64,000 nt of DNA, from the NCBI GenBank assembly GCA_013239625.1, contig MU053482.1:4539775-4603774 (forward strand), given 5' to 3'. The translations under genes and the position numbers were made by a program. Under the pieces are notes generated by a model. It was not told the DNA's origin and ran no database searches. It worked only from the letters and a program-made list of their open reading frames with translations. This stretch comes from Lama guanicoe (Eukaryota). Shown piece after piece: positions 11,331-23,634 of this stretch (position 1 is its first letter; the number at the start of each line of letters is the position of its first letter).

Positions 11331-14300
11331 TTTTGGTGTAAATGTAAATGATATAAACCAGGTGTCTTGTTTTTTTTAATCTAGGCTAATGTAGGTTTCA
11401 ACCTTCTCAGGTGTAATTGTTATTACCTCTTGTTCTGTTTCCAGATTCTAAAATTGTTTCTGGTTTCCTATAGATTTATGCTCTTAAAAAATTTCTTTCC
11501 TCCTGTTTCAGAGGTATTTGGGGAAGCTTTAGAGCTAAATGCTTGTATTCAGTCTGTCTTCTTTAACCAGAAATTCTTAATGTTTCTGTTGTCTTCTGCT
11601 CCAAGCCAATTTTGTTTTAGCCACATTCGACTACATTATTTGCTGTTCCCTGACGTGCTATATGCTTTCACATGTTACTTCTGTGCCCTTGCCCTGAGTC
11701 AGTGATATGAAATCTTTTTTTAACATCTGGTTTCTAGGAAGTTTTAAGCGGGCGAACTTTGATTTTACCTGAAAACTAATATTTAAGTACCTTCTTAAGT
11801 ACTTTTTTAGGATTCTTGCCTCTTTTTTATTTTCCAGTTTTTTGGATTAGTTGCATAAATGTTTTGCGGCTTACAGCCAGATATTGTAATTTTTTTGCCG
11901 AAATAGAAGAGGCTTAGTACATTTACAGAGTATTAGCGTACCATCACCATCATAGCCCAAGTTGAAAGAAAAGATTGTATTAAAAATAGGGGGTTGTGAA
12001 AAGCATAGAGTTAAATAATGTATTTAAATACCTATTGTAAATTAGGGTTCCAGAAGACATCTGCTTTAAAAACTTATTCATTAGTATTAAGGACCTTCTT
12101 CAGTTCAGGCAACATGGTAAATGTCATGATATGCAGAGGCATATTCTTTTATGAGTTTTATTACTGTGATTTTTAAGTGTTCTGTCTAGATATTGCTGCT
12201 TAAAGTCTAATTTTTGTACTGACATTCTCCATTTTAAAAAGTCTTTGGGAAAATGATTGTGATTGGCAGTGATGACAAATGATCGGCAAAAACAATGTAA
12301 TTTTTCTCATACCAATATTGTTAAAGAATGTGTATTTCTTCTGAGCCTGGTTTTCTATTGGTGTAATGAAAGAAGGGATGGATATAGGTGTAGTGTAAGT
12401 AAACAGATATCTCCTCTCTTCCCTACAGCATACTTCTGTTTACTTTGTCTCTAGGTCTGGGAGCAATAATAATTGCCCTATCCTTTTGTTTAGTGGAACT
12501 AAACTGAACCAAGCATACCTAAAGTAGCCATGGATATGAACACTGTCATTGACATAAAACTGATGCTGCAACCCACGGCTGAGACATTGCTGTTTTTCTA
12601 AATATTACTGATATATACGTCTTGAATTTTGAGTTTTATTTTAAAAACAAGTTCTTAAAATCCTATCTAGTCAGCAAAATCTAGCCCTTCTTACTAAGTG
12701 CAGCATTTTAACCTTGAAATCCCATAACACTGTACCTTTTGGCATTTGAAAAAGTATATTCCTTTATTGTAAGTTAATACCTTTATTAGATTAGGAGCTC
12801 TTCAAAGTCGGGACACAACAGTCAGAGTGCCTATTACCAGCTTTGTGACCTTGGGCAAGTTACTTAACCTCTCAGTACCTAAGTTAAATGAGGATACTAG
12901 TAACTACTTCCTAGAGTTATTGAGAACATTAAATGACTTAATACACTTAATAAACTTTGTAAATGTTGCCTATCATAATAAATGTTACTACCTTCATTAC
13001 TGTTATCACCTTCATCCTGTATTTTCCCTAGGGGCCAGCACAATGTGCTGCAAATTGTTGTTGTCCAATAAACATTTATTAATTAAATAAAAAATGAAGT
13101 CATATTTTAGTCATTAAATATGTTTAGTTGAAGTTACAGATCTGCTTATGTCCTGTCAGCATAAATCCTAAATGATTGTTAGATTTGACAGTTTCTTTTA
13201 TATCATCAAGTAAGACCTGTTCTTACTGCTTTTTGAGAATTGAAACATGTAACAAAATACAATCATTAAAAATAAATTTTTGAGTCTGATGAGATCCTGA
13301 GAAAAATTGGCTTAGTATATTTGTCAAAAAAACTTACTAGATCAACAAGTTACTTGTTTATAAGATTGTGTGAAATGTTATTTTAAAGCAGGATCCATAT
13401 TAAGAATAGTTTCTGAGAGAACTTTATATATTTGATAATTTGATATTTGATAATTTGATTTTCTAAAACTTTGGAATATAACCAGAGTTATGGATATGGA
13501 TGTGATATGGATAGAAAAACCAATTAAAATGTCTGTTTTTGTCAGTTATTGATTGTGCTTTAGGTTTGATGCTGTGTAATTGACTGCTATGATACTTACA
13601 GAGTCTTTCAAATATTGGCATAAATATAGTGGCTTTCCAGTAGAGAAAAGTTAAAGGCTGTAAGTGACATAATTTAGAAAAAAGGTTTGGAATTTAAATC
13701 TTTCTGTATACACTGAGTCCAATACCTCTTGGTTTAGCTTTAAGAAAGCCATGAACCTTGTTTATCACTTAAGTGAGGCTTTCTAGTATAACCAAAGCAT
13801 TGAAGTTTGACTGAACATTTTTTCTTGTTTCAAAAGATATTACCTATTCTTATTTCATCATAAATATACTTTAATTTTTCTTAATGTAGATTTCCACAGC
13901 TCCTGGTAGTGTAGAATTTATTAAGTTAAGCATTGAGTTAGTAGCTGCCAAGAACCAGAGAATCAAAGATGAATAAGGAATCTGACCTAGTTCTAGATGC
14001 TAGTGTAGTCTGGGACAGACAGACATGTAATGAGACAAGTATATATTGTGGAAGTAAAGTGAGACCATAGAGGAAGGAGCTGCCAGTTTTATCTAGGGGA
14101 TTTTGTGAGATGTAGTACTTGAATTAGGTCACAGAAGATGACTCAATTGCCAGGTAAAGAAGGAGGTGAGAGCTTTTAGTTAGGAGAGATAGCATTTAAA
14201 ACACAAAAGTCTGTAATGCATTTGAGAAAGTGGTGAAAAGTTTGGTGTGGGTGCATGGGGTGCCTGGGGTTGAGTGAGAGAAGATAGTTCTGGCAGCTTG

Positions 14301-15889
14301 TGTCTTAAACTTCTGAAGGCTTTGTATACCTAAAAGGAGTTTAGATTTATATTGTGTGGACATTAGGGGACAGGGAAGTATTTTTTTTCCACAGAAGAAC
14401 TCACAGATTAGCTTATAGTTGTTATAAAGTTTAATTGCCAAAACTTGTTCACTGAAGCATTGTTTACTTGCATGACTGTTTTATGTCACCACATTAGTAT
14501 TTACACACAAGTGAAAATAGGGCGAGGGGGAATTTGCTATAATACCTTATTCTCTCACCTGCCTGGGGTTTTTTGTTTTTGTTGTTGTTGTTGTTTTAAA
14601 TCAAATAATTAGGTACTTTTTTTGGTTGTTTTTTAAAGAATGAAATGTTTCCTATCATAGTGCATCTTAACTCCCTTTTCCACATATGAGTCGTGCTGGC
14701 AGGATGTCCTTTGGAATAATTGTTATGTGTTTGATGGATAACACACAAGTAGATGTCTTCAAGTAGGCTAACTAGATAGGCCTCACTTGCCTCCAGAAAA
14801 TTGCCAGTAGCTGCATGTTGGTAGTGTAGATCTGGTTTGAAGTCCTGGGCAGTTTCTCACACTTGACGCTAGAAGGGAAGTTTTCAAGTGAGAAGGAAGT
14901 TCAGTATACTTCTGATTTTCACAGACACGATACAAGGCTTGTGATGATTTGGTTTCTTCACCTTTGCAGTGTAAGGCACATTTTTGAGAGTGACTTGTAG
15001 CTGGTTGCTTTACTGAGTGCTTTACCACTGACTGTTTACAGGCATTGGCTTGGTAGCAACTGTAGTGTAGAGAACTCCCTGTTTAACCTTTTCAGCAACT
15101 TAGCAGGCTAGAAGAGGTAATGCTAAAGAGTGATGAGTCTGGTGACGGCTGCCGCAGTAGTGGCAGCAACTGAAAACACCGCAAGGAATGTTTTTAATTA
15201 GGGGATTAATGAAATCTTCCCAAGGATTTCCCCAGTGCTCCAAATAAAATTGACTTTAATATTTAACCAAGAGGAGCTCTTGATTACAACGCACAGTTCC
15301 AGGTTACATTGGAAAATAGAATTTTTTTTATGACTTATCTTGTAAAAGATATGTATTACTTTAGTAAGCATAAATAAATTATGAATTAATATACATTTCT
15401 TTCAGTTTATAGATATAAAATGTCTACCCTTTAATGTGTTTAGGTATTTTAATTTTATTGCCCTTAATTTTAAGTTTAAACCAAGTTGTATAGCTCATTA
15501 CTTTATTTATAGTACTTTGTGGTAATGAAAGGAAATTGGTGAAAAATTAGATAGCTAACAATGAAGTTTCTTATTAAAAGACACCTAAGAAATATTATGG
15601 CTTTAATTTTGACATTTTATATTCATGTCTTGAAGTATTTATTTACTATTACATTATTTACCATTAACATAACACAAATATAATTTTAAAAAATTTAAGA
15701 AAAATAGACATGATGCAGAAAATATTCCTGCAATGCAGTAATATGATTTAACACTGGAAGGGGTGCAGTAGTTAGGTATTACAGCTCCTTCATTTTTAGG
15801 GGAGGAAAACGAAGGCCATAAAATCTTCGTAACTTACTTAATGTCCCAGGGAGTAGAAGAGCTAGAATGAGACTTCTTTGAAAAGAGTC

Positions 15890-16620
15890 ATTTACTGAAG
15901 TATACTTACATACAGTAAAATTTGCCCCTTTAAGGCACACAGTTTTATGAATTTTGACAAACTTATACGTTTGTATAACCACCACCACAATCAAGATACA
16001 GAGTATCTCTATCACCTTAAATTTTTCTCATGTCCCTTGTAAGCAGCCTCCAGGCCCTGCAATCACTGGTCTGTTTTCTGCCCTCGTGTTTTTGTCTTTT
16101 CCTTGTATAACTGGAATTCATATAGTATGCAGCATTTTGAGTCTGACTTCTTTCACCCAGCATAAAGCCATGAGGTTTATCTATGTTATCGCATGTATCA
16201 GTAGGCTTCCTTTTTATTGCCAAATGCCACAGTTTGTTTATCCATTTACCAGGTGATGGACATTTGGGTTGTTTCGAGTTTTTGGTGGTTCTGAATAATC
16301 TCTCACAAATACTTTTGTACGACTTTTTTCCTCTTTTTTGGTACACTTATGTTTTCTTTTGGTAAGTGAATGTTTAACTTCATTAAAAAACTGCTCAACT
16401 CTATTCTGAAATGGCTGTACCATTTTGCATTCCATTCAGCAGTGTATAAGCATTCTAGGTGTTCTGCCTCCTTTTGCTACTTGGCAGTGTCAGTATTTTT
16501 CAGTTTAGTGTTTTGACCATTATGGTAAGTGTGTATTGGTATCTCTTTGTGGTTTTAATTTGCACTTTTTAATGACTGATTATATAGAGCATCTTTTCAT
16601 GTGCTTGTGGTTTTTTTATT
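15890..16620 (-). mobile_element. L1MB-like 3' fragment
   Basis: L1 3'UTR plus the ORF2 end (minus ORFs 16017..16346 'KQPKCPSPGKWINKLW' and 16238..16435). Confidence 0.8.
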
Positions 16621-17478
16621 GAGCCTGATTTTAAAAATCATATTTGATTTTAGTATTATATGTTTCAAGTTTTGCTTGTACTGATAGAGAAGTAAAAAGA
16701 GTACCTATTTTCTTATTATTTACATAGAGAAAACTGATAATTGTGTTAAAGGATAGTGGGTATAATTTTGATGAGCTCCTTGAGAAAGGGGTTCGTATTA
16801 ATAGCTGTCTTGTGAAAAGGATAATGGCTTGGGAATCAGAAAACTCATTGGTTTGCTTTTGCCTTATTAGTTGCTTAACCTGTCTTGGCTTTTCTTTTGT
16901 TAACTTCTCTCACCTGTGAAATAAGGGTGTTGGACCAGACAAGGTATAAGATTTGTCTGTGAATTATAAATCTACATAAATTTCTTAGTAGTAGGTCTTT
17001 TTTCCCCCAGTATTTAGTAGGTACTTTTTTAGTATTAGGTTTTTAAACTTTATAATAAGCCATACAATCAAAAAACAAAAGACCTTTGCAGATTTTTTCT
17101 GTTTGATGAACTTTCTATTACCCAAAAAAGATCATCTTTTGAAATCTTAAGTAATATAAATTATATTTTAAACTTAATTATGGTTGAGAATTACGTATTT
17201 CTTAAGTCTATTATAAGGAGAGTAACTGATAGTTCTATGATAATACTCCTTGTATGTTATTGTTATTATTATAATTCATAGAGCATTTTTAAGTTATCCT
17301 CTCTTTTGATCTTCAGAAAAACTCTGTGGACCCTGGGAGTTAAAGATTAGTGACTTGCATAGGATTACACAGCTGAAAGAAAAGTAGCCACTTTGACCTG
17401 AGGTTCTGGCCTACATCTTTTGCCTCTGCAGTGCATTGCTCTTTGCATTGTAGACACTCCAATAGGAAATAAATAGCC

Positions 17479-17645
17479 TTTTTTTTTTTTAAATTGAAAT
17501 ACAGTCAGCTACAATGTGTCGATTTCTGGCATATAGCACAATGTCCCAGTCATGCATATACATACATATATTTGTTTTTATATTCTTTTTCATTAAAGGT
17601 AGTTACAAGATACTGAATATAATTCCCTGTGCTATACAGAAAAAA
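17479..17645 (-). mobile_element. Short lineage-specific L1 3' end
   Basis: Poly-T plus attgaaatacagtcagctacaatgtgtcgatttctgg...ttccctgtgctatacag. Confidence 0.72.
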
Positions 17646-18809
17646 CTTATCTTTAGTCTTAAATAACTTTAACATTTTTTTGTAGTTGTATAATTTCATA
17701 TTCAGAATACTATAAAATATAACATTCTTACATTAAAATTATTATCCATGCTTCTAAATAAAAAGCATAGTAACAGATCGTATAAACAAGCTTCTTTGAT
17801 TTAGTAATAATGCAGTAGAACATTCAAGACTTGTAAACAAGTCAGTTGTATCACAAGCTGAGTCACTGCTTGTGAACAACAGCCTACTCACAGAAGAAAG
17901 CTTAGCTGCAATCAAAAATAAAGATAACAGGAATAGAAAAGGGCATATTGTATCTCCTGAGAGTAGTTTTAGTTTCTAAGTTTAGATACCTAAACATTAG
18001 TGGGTTACTTATTACCAGGAGTAGAACAACTATTAAAAGTAGTATAGCAAAAGTGGGAGTAGGGTTAGGATAGAAGTGAGAGGAAAAATATCATTATAAT
18101 TTTAATGATACAAGTATGTCGGTCAACATTATTAAGTCATCAGAAAGTCTATATTTCTTAGGAGATCTGTGTTCATATGAGACCTTGGCAAGTCACTTCA
18201 GGTTTCTGAATGTCTTCTTATTCATCTGTAACATAAGGAGCTTGATCTGATGTCCAAAGGTCCACCCATCTTTAAATATGTATTATAATTCTGTGTCATG
18301 TGGGATGAGATTTGATTGGTTCTTAACTGTCAAATATGTTGATCATAGTTGAATAGATCATAAACTACTCACTTAAAGCGATGAAACTTTACATTGTTAC
18401 TTTTCTACTAATCGAATTAGTACTTGATGTAATTTGTTATAAGAAAAAATGTTACGTAGTTTCCAAGAGTTTTATATATTTAGTTTTCTAATTATAATAT
18501 TATGGGGGTTCTGGGAGCTTGTTTTATGGGTATTTTAGAAGAAAATGGAACGCAGGAATCTGAGGGGCATCCTAATACTAGAGCACAAAGGCAGGTATGA
18601 AAATTTTTTTTCATTTTTCAGTTTTATTAGGTAGAATTGTTGCAATTTGACTGCACACATACAGTATATTGCATGTAAATACATATACACAATATACTGC
18701 ACATATGTTTTAAAAATACACATATAGGTACTGTTCATTGTTTCTAAGAACATTTAGAGCTTTAGCTTTTTAAATTTACATAGTTATCAGAGGAATAAAG
18801 CCACTATAA

Positions 18810-18980
18810 AATATGAATTAATTCAAAAAGATACATACACCTCGCTATTAACAGCAACATTATTTATAATTGCCGAGATACGGAAGCATCTTAAGTGCAC
18901 ATCAATAGATAAATGGATAAAGAAGATGCAGCATATATATGTAATGGAATACAACTCACCCATAAGAAAGAAGGATATGA
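18810..18980 (+). mobile_element. Internal L1 ORF2 C-terminal fragment
   Basis: caaaaagatacatacacc...atggataaagaagatg...atggaatacaactca matches the L1 ORF2 C-terminal coding region. Confidence 0.7.
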
Positions 18981-21239
18981 AAATATATATTTTTACAAAA
19001 TTTTAAAAACAAATAAAAGTTATATATTGACAGGCAGTTGATTTTATAACATATTCCATATTAGTTTACATTCAGAATATCTGTAGCATAATATATTAAA
19101 TAAGTACCTGTTAACATTGTAAATTAGTTTATCACATAATTTATATTTAATTAAAATAGTGAAGTAGAATGTACTTACAATTTTTTATGCAGTGAGCTAA
19201 GCTTTTAGAACAGGTGCAATGTCATCTTATAGAAAGTTTCTATGAGAAGATTTGAATTTGAAGAAATTCAATATATATGAAGAAAGCAGGTTAAAATAGG
19301 GAGTGATTATTATCAAACTTCCTTTATATAGTAAAAGTCCTTGCAGTAAAAAAATATTTCAAAATTTAAAATCAGTTTGGAAACTTTTCAGAGTTTCAAA
19401 GTCAGTTTTTAAAAATTTCCTTAGAACTTTTAAAAGCACACTATGCTTCCAAAAGTATAATATATAATGAGATTATTTCCCTGAATGAATATATTTTGTT
19501 TACAGAATTCCTTAAAGGACTTAGACTTGCTACTTCTCTGGTTTGTTTTCAGTAGTAAAGATTGTAAAGTAGCCATTTTTATTTCTTAGCTAAGCAGAAT
19601 CACATATACGAATCTGCTTATGTTTCTTCCTTTATAGTTGTTGTGGTCCTTATTCATGTTCGTATTATATCCTTATGCTTTCTCTGAAGTATTTATGTAC
19701 TTCTGACTGATCTCTCAGTTCCTTGGGCATACTTGTTTTGAGTATATTAAGATGAGCTAAATTCTGTTTTTTAGAAAACTGATACAAATCCTAAATATGT
19801 GAAAGAATTTTTTTAGAAATCTGATCTTAAAACTAAATATTATGAAAAGCTGTGTTTAAGAAGACTGGGTCATTTGGGGGAAGTTATAGAGGATACTAGT
19901 GGGGATAGACTTAAAGTGGATACTTGTAAAGTCTTGAATTTTGTTAGTAAAATATAGTTTGTATCACTTTCTGATTGTAATGATTGGAGATGTTTTATTA
20001 TAAAGGCTTGATTTTTTAGGAGTGCTTAACAGAAATGGGAATGGGAAATATGATCTATTTAAGTGATATACTTTAACTTCAGTCTTCCTCTTCATTGAAA
20101 TGGAAACATTTAAAACATGAAATCACAAATATGGAAAGAGTAAATGACTTAATTCTCAAAAATTTAAAAACCAAATAAGTGCTAAAAATTTTTTTAACTT
20201 GATTCATAAAATTTGATGATAATGCCTGTGCCCTTAATTCTCTTTTATTTACATACTCATCTGTTTCTAAATTGAATAATTAAAATATGCCGAATAGAAA
20301 GTTCACAATCAGATTTTTTAAAAATATGATCAAAGTTTTGATATTTGATTTAGGAACACAGCTTCCTGGCAGTTAACTTCCGTAGCTAACACTTCAGCTT
20401 TTAAGTGAACAAAGTGATTTTTAAATACTGAAAACAAATTTTTCTGGTTTCCCTAAGATGTATTAGGCCAGTTATAGCCATTCTCTAAATCCTTACTGCC
20501 TGTCATCAGTATTTTAACAATACAGGAAATAGGACATGTTTGCTATTAAAATTTCCAGACTACCTGTATATACATTCTTAATCATATGATTACTTTCCAT
20601 TCTTTGTAGTAATCTTTTTAATATTAATTTTTAAATTAAATTATTTCAATATTTTAGTTTTTCCATATATGTCCAGTGAGAGCCTATTCAGCTATTCCTG
20701 TGTCCTCTTAATATATCGCATCATTGTTGGAACATGTCCTTACTTTCTGGCGGTGCAGAACATTCCAAACTCTTCTGTACTTTCCCAGCCTTAACCCTAT
20801 GGTCGGTCATTTCTACAAAGACCTATGGATCCTTTTTGTGTACAATGGTATTCAGAAACCAAGATCTGGGCACTAGATGTGTTTATTGCTACGGGATATT
20901 ATTACTTCTAGTTCCTCTCAGTGGAAGAAGGTAGAAAACATATGCACACATATATAAATGTGAAATCTGTTTTTATTTCTATGTCTTATCTCTCTCTACA
21001 CACATGCATTTATATACTCAAATCATTTGAAAGCCCTTAATAAATAAGTAGATTTAAAAATTTTTGTTTTACAAGAAAAAATAGAAATTTGTTTCATGCA
21101 CTTATACATATATTTACATATACCCATAATATATTTTTATGTATATTGTGTATTTGTAATGCAGAACAGTTGGAGACCCAATTTGCAGACAATTTTGCTG
21201 CTTCCATAAAATTTGATCATAAATTCTCTCTAAAAACAA

Positions 21240-21830
21240 TATTTTTAAAAATTATAGTAAAATATATATAACATAAATTTTATCATCAACTATTTTTCAT
21301 CACACAGTTCAAGGGTAGTAAGTATGTTTACATTGAGTTTACTCATCATCATCCATCCACAGAAATCTTTTCATCTTGCAAAACTGTATGCATTAACAAT
21401 AACTCTCCATCCTCCTACCCACTCCCCCTTCCCAGTCTGATAACTACCATTCTACTTTCTGTGTCTATGAATTTGACTACTCTAGGTAAGTGGAAACATA
21501 TAGTATTTGTCCTGTTATGACAGGGTTATTTTACTTAGCATAATTTCCTCAAGATTTATCTGTTTTGTAGTATGTGTCAGAATTACCTTTTTAAAAGGCT
21601 TAGTATTATTCCTGTGTGTGTGCACATGTGCATGTGTGCGTGTGTTACGTTTGTTTCCATTCATCCATCAATGGACACTTGGATTGTTTCCACTTTTTAG
21701 CTATAGTTAATAATGCTGCTATGAACATAGGTGTGCAAGAATCTATTTGAGTCCCTGCTTTCAGTTCTTTTTGTTAGGTAGGCAGAAGTAAAATTCCCGA
21801 ATCAGTAGGCAGTTTTAACACGTCACATTT
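21240..21830 (-). mobile_element. L1MA/MB-like 3' fragment
   Basis: accattctactttctgtgtctatgaatttgactactctagg...ttcatccatcaatggacacttgg. Confidence 0.78.
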
Positions 21831-22159
21831 TTGGAAAACTTGTGAACTGAAATGATGAAAGTTGAACTTGATTTTGCAGCATAGAGAGTGCTATAACAAG
21901 AGGTTGTAGACTTGACTGAGATTTCATGATTTCTAGCTTTTATGGAAACAATCCAAAAACTACATTGAGTCAACTCTAAATTATTTTGTAGTGCAGAGTT
22001 TTACATGTGTGTAATCATGTAATAGTCTAATTACTTACATCAAATAGTATTTATGCATTATCATACAATATAAAATTCATATTTCATTTTTAATACAAAG
22101 TAGTTTCTTAGTGTTCTAATAAGCACTATAATTTTTAAATAGTTTTCTAATAAGAAAAA

Positions 22160-23634
22160 CTACCAAGTTTCTGTTTAGAGAACTTCCTTTAGCCATTCTT
22201 TTAGGGTAGATCTGTTAGGGACAGATATCTTAGTTTTCCTTCATCTGAAAATATCTTGATTTCCCTTTCATTCCTGAAGGATATTTTTGCTGAATATAGA
22301 ATTCTGAGTGGACAGTTCTTCTTCAATGCTTGGGAAATATTGTGCCACTTACTTCTGCCTCTGTAATTTCTGATGAGAAATATGCTGCATTTGAATTGTT
22401 TTGCCCTTATAGATGCTGTTTCTTTATCACTACTTTCAAAATCGTCTTCTTTTAGTGTTCACGGAGTTTGATAATGATGCGTGGATTTCTTTGGGTCTGT
22501 CCTATTTGGTATTCACTCGGCTTCTTGGAAACATAAACTACAGTTTTATGTCTTCTGCAAATTTGGGATATTTTCAGCCATCATTTATTTGAGTACTTTT
22601 TCAGGCCCACTTTCTTTCTTCTTTCCTTTTAGGTCTTGTGTGATACAAACTTTAGATCTTTTGTTATAGTCCTACAGATGCTTGAGACTAATCTTTTTTT
22701 CTCAGGTCTGTTTTTTTTTTCCTTTATTGGTCAGGTAAAGATTTCTATTATTCTTATCTTCAGGTTCACTGATTCTTTGCCCTGTCGTCGTCTTTCTGCT
22801 ATTAAGGCCACCTAGCGAGTATTCATTTTGGTTATTGTGTTTTAATCTACTGTTTCTTTTTTGATGCTTTCTGTTTTTTCATTTGTTTCATGTGTGTTCA
22901 TAATTGCTTGCTGAACATTTTTATAATGGCTACTTTAAAATAATTCCAGTATTTATGTCATCTTGGTGTTGGCATTTGTTGATTGTCTTTTCTCATTCAA
23001 GTTGAGATTTTCCTGGTTCTTAGTTATTGACAAGTGGTTTTTCATTATATTGTAGACATTTTGGGTATTATGTTTTGAGACTCTGGGTCTTATTTAAATC
23101 TTCTGTTTTAACAGAATTCCTCTCATACCACACCAGTAGGGAAAAGGGGGCACTCTCATTACTTTAAGGTGGGGATGGGAATCCAGGTTCCTCAACCCAC
23201 CTTTATTTACAGTCTAGGATAGGAAGGATACTTTGTTATTGCCTAGTTGGGGTGAAGTTGAGGCTCCTTTTAAGCTTCTATGGACACTACCTGGCTGGGA
23301 GTGGGAGGAGCACTTTGTTATTCCTCCCCATGTGGCCTCCACTGAAACAGAAGTGAGGAAATGCTCCTTACCACTGGTCTGTGATCAAAGTCCCCTTCTT
23401 TGACACCATCCTGGGGGTGGGGAGGAGGGGGAGAGTGCCTTGTTACAGCCAGGCAAGGGTGGAAATCTAGGCTTCTGTCTTGGACTTCAATGGTGGGAGT
23501 AGAGGTAGGGCAACAGTTTTTTTCTGTGATGTTTGGCTGGAGAGGTGTGGTTACTGTCTAAAAATTTCCTGTTTTGTCAAGTTGCTCCTTTCCTGATCCT
23601 TTAGATAGAGAAAGGCAGTCTTTTCTTGGGCTTT
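22160..23634 (-). mobile_element. Ancient L1M-type ORF1/5' region (host of the full-length L1; resumes at ~29985-30460)
   Basis: L1M-like antisense ORF1 text (agaacttcctttagccattc...attcctgaaggatattttgctg) followed by L1M 5'-end-like sequence. Confidence 0.65.

Noticed and set aside
13431..13459. Short local tandem duplications (tttgataatttgat x2; also gcagattagtta x2 near 42168-42192)
   Set aside because: Consistent with replication slippage. There is no spacer or array structure, so they are not CRISPR-like.
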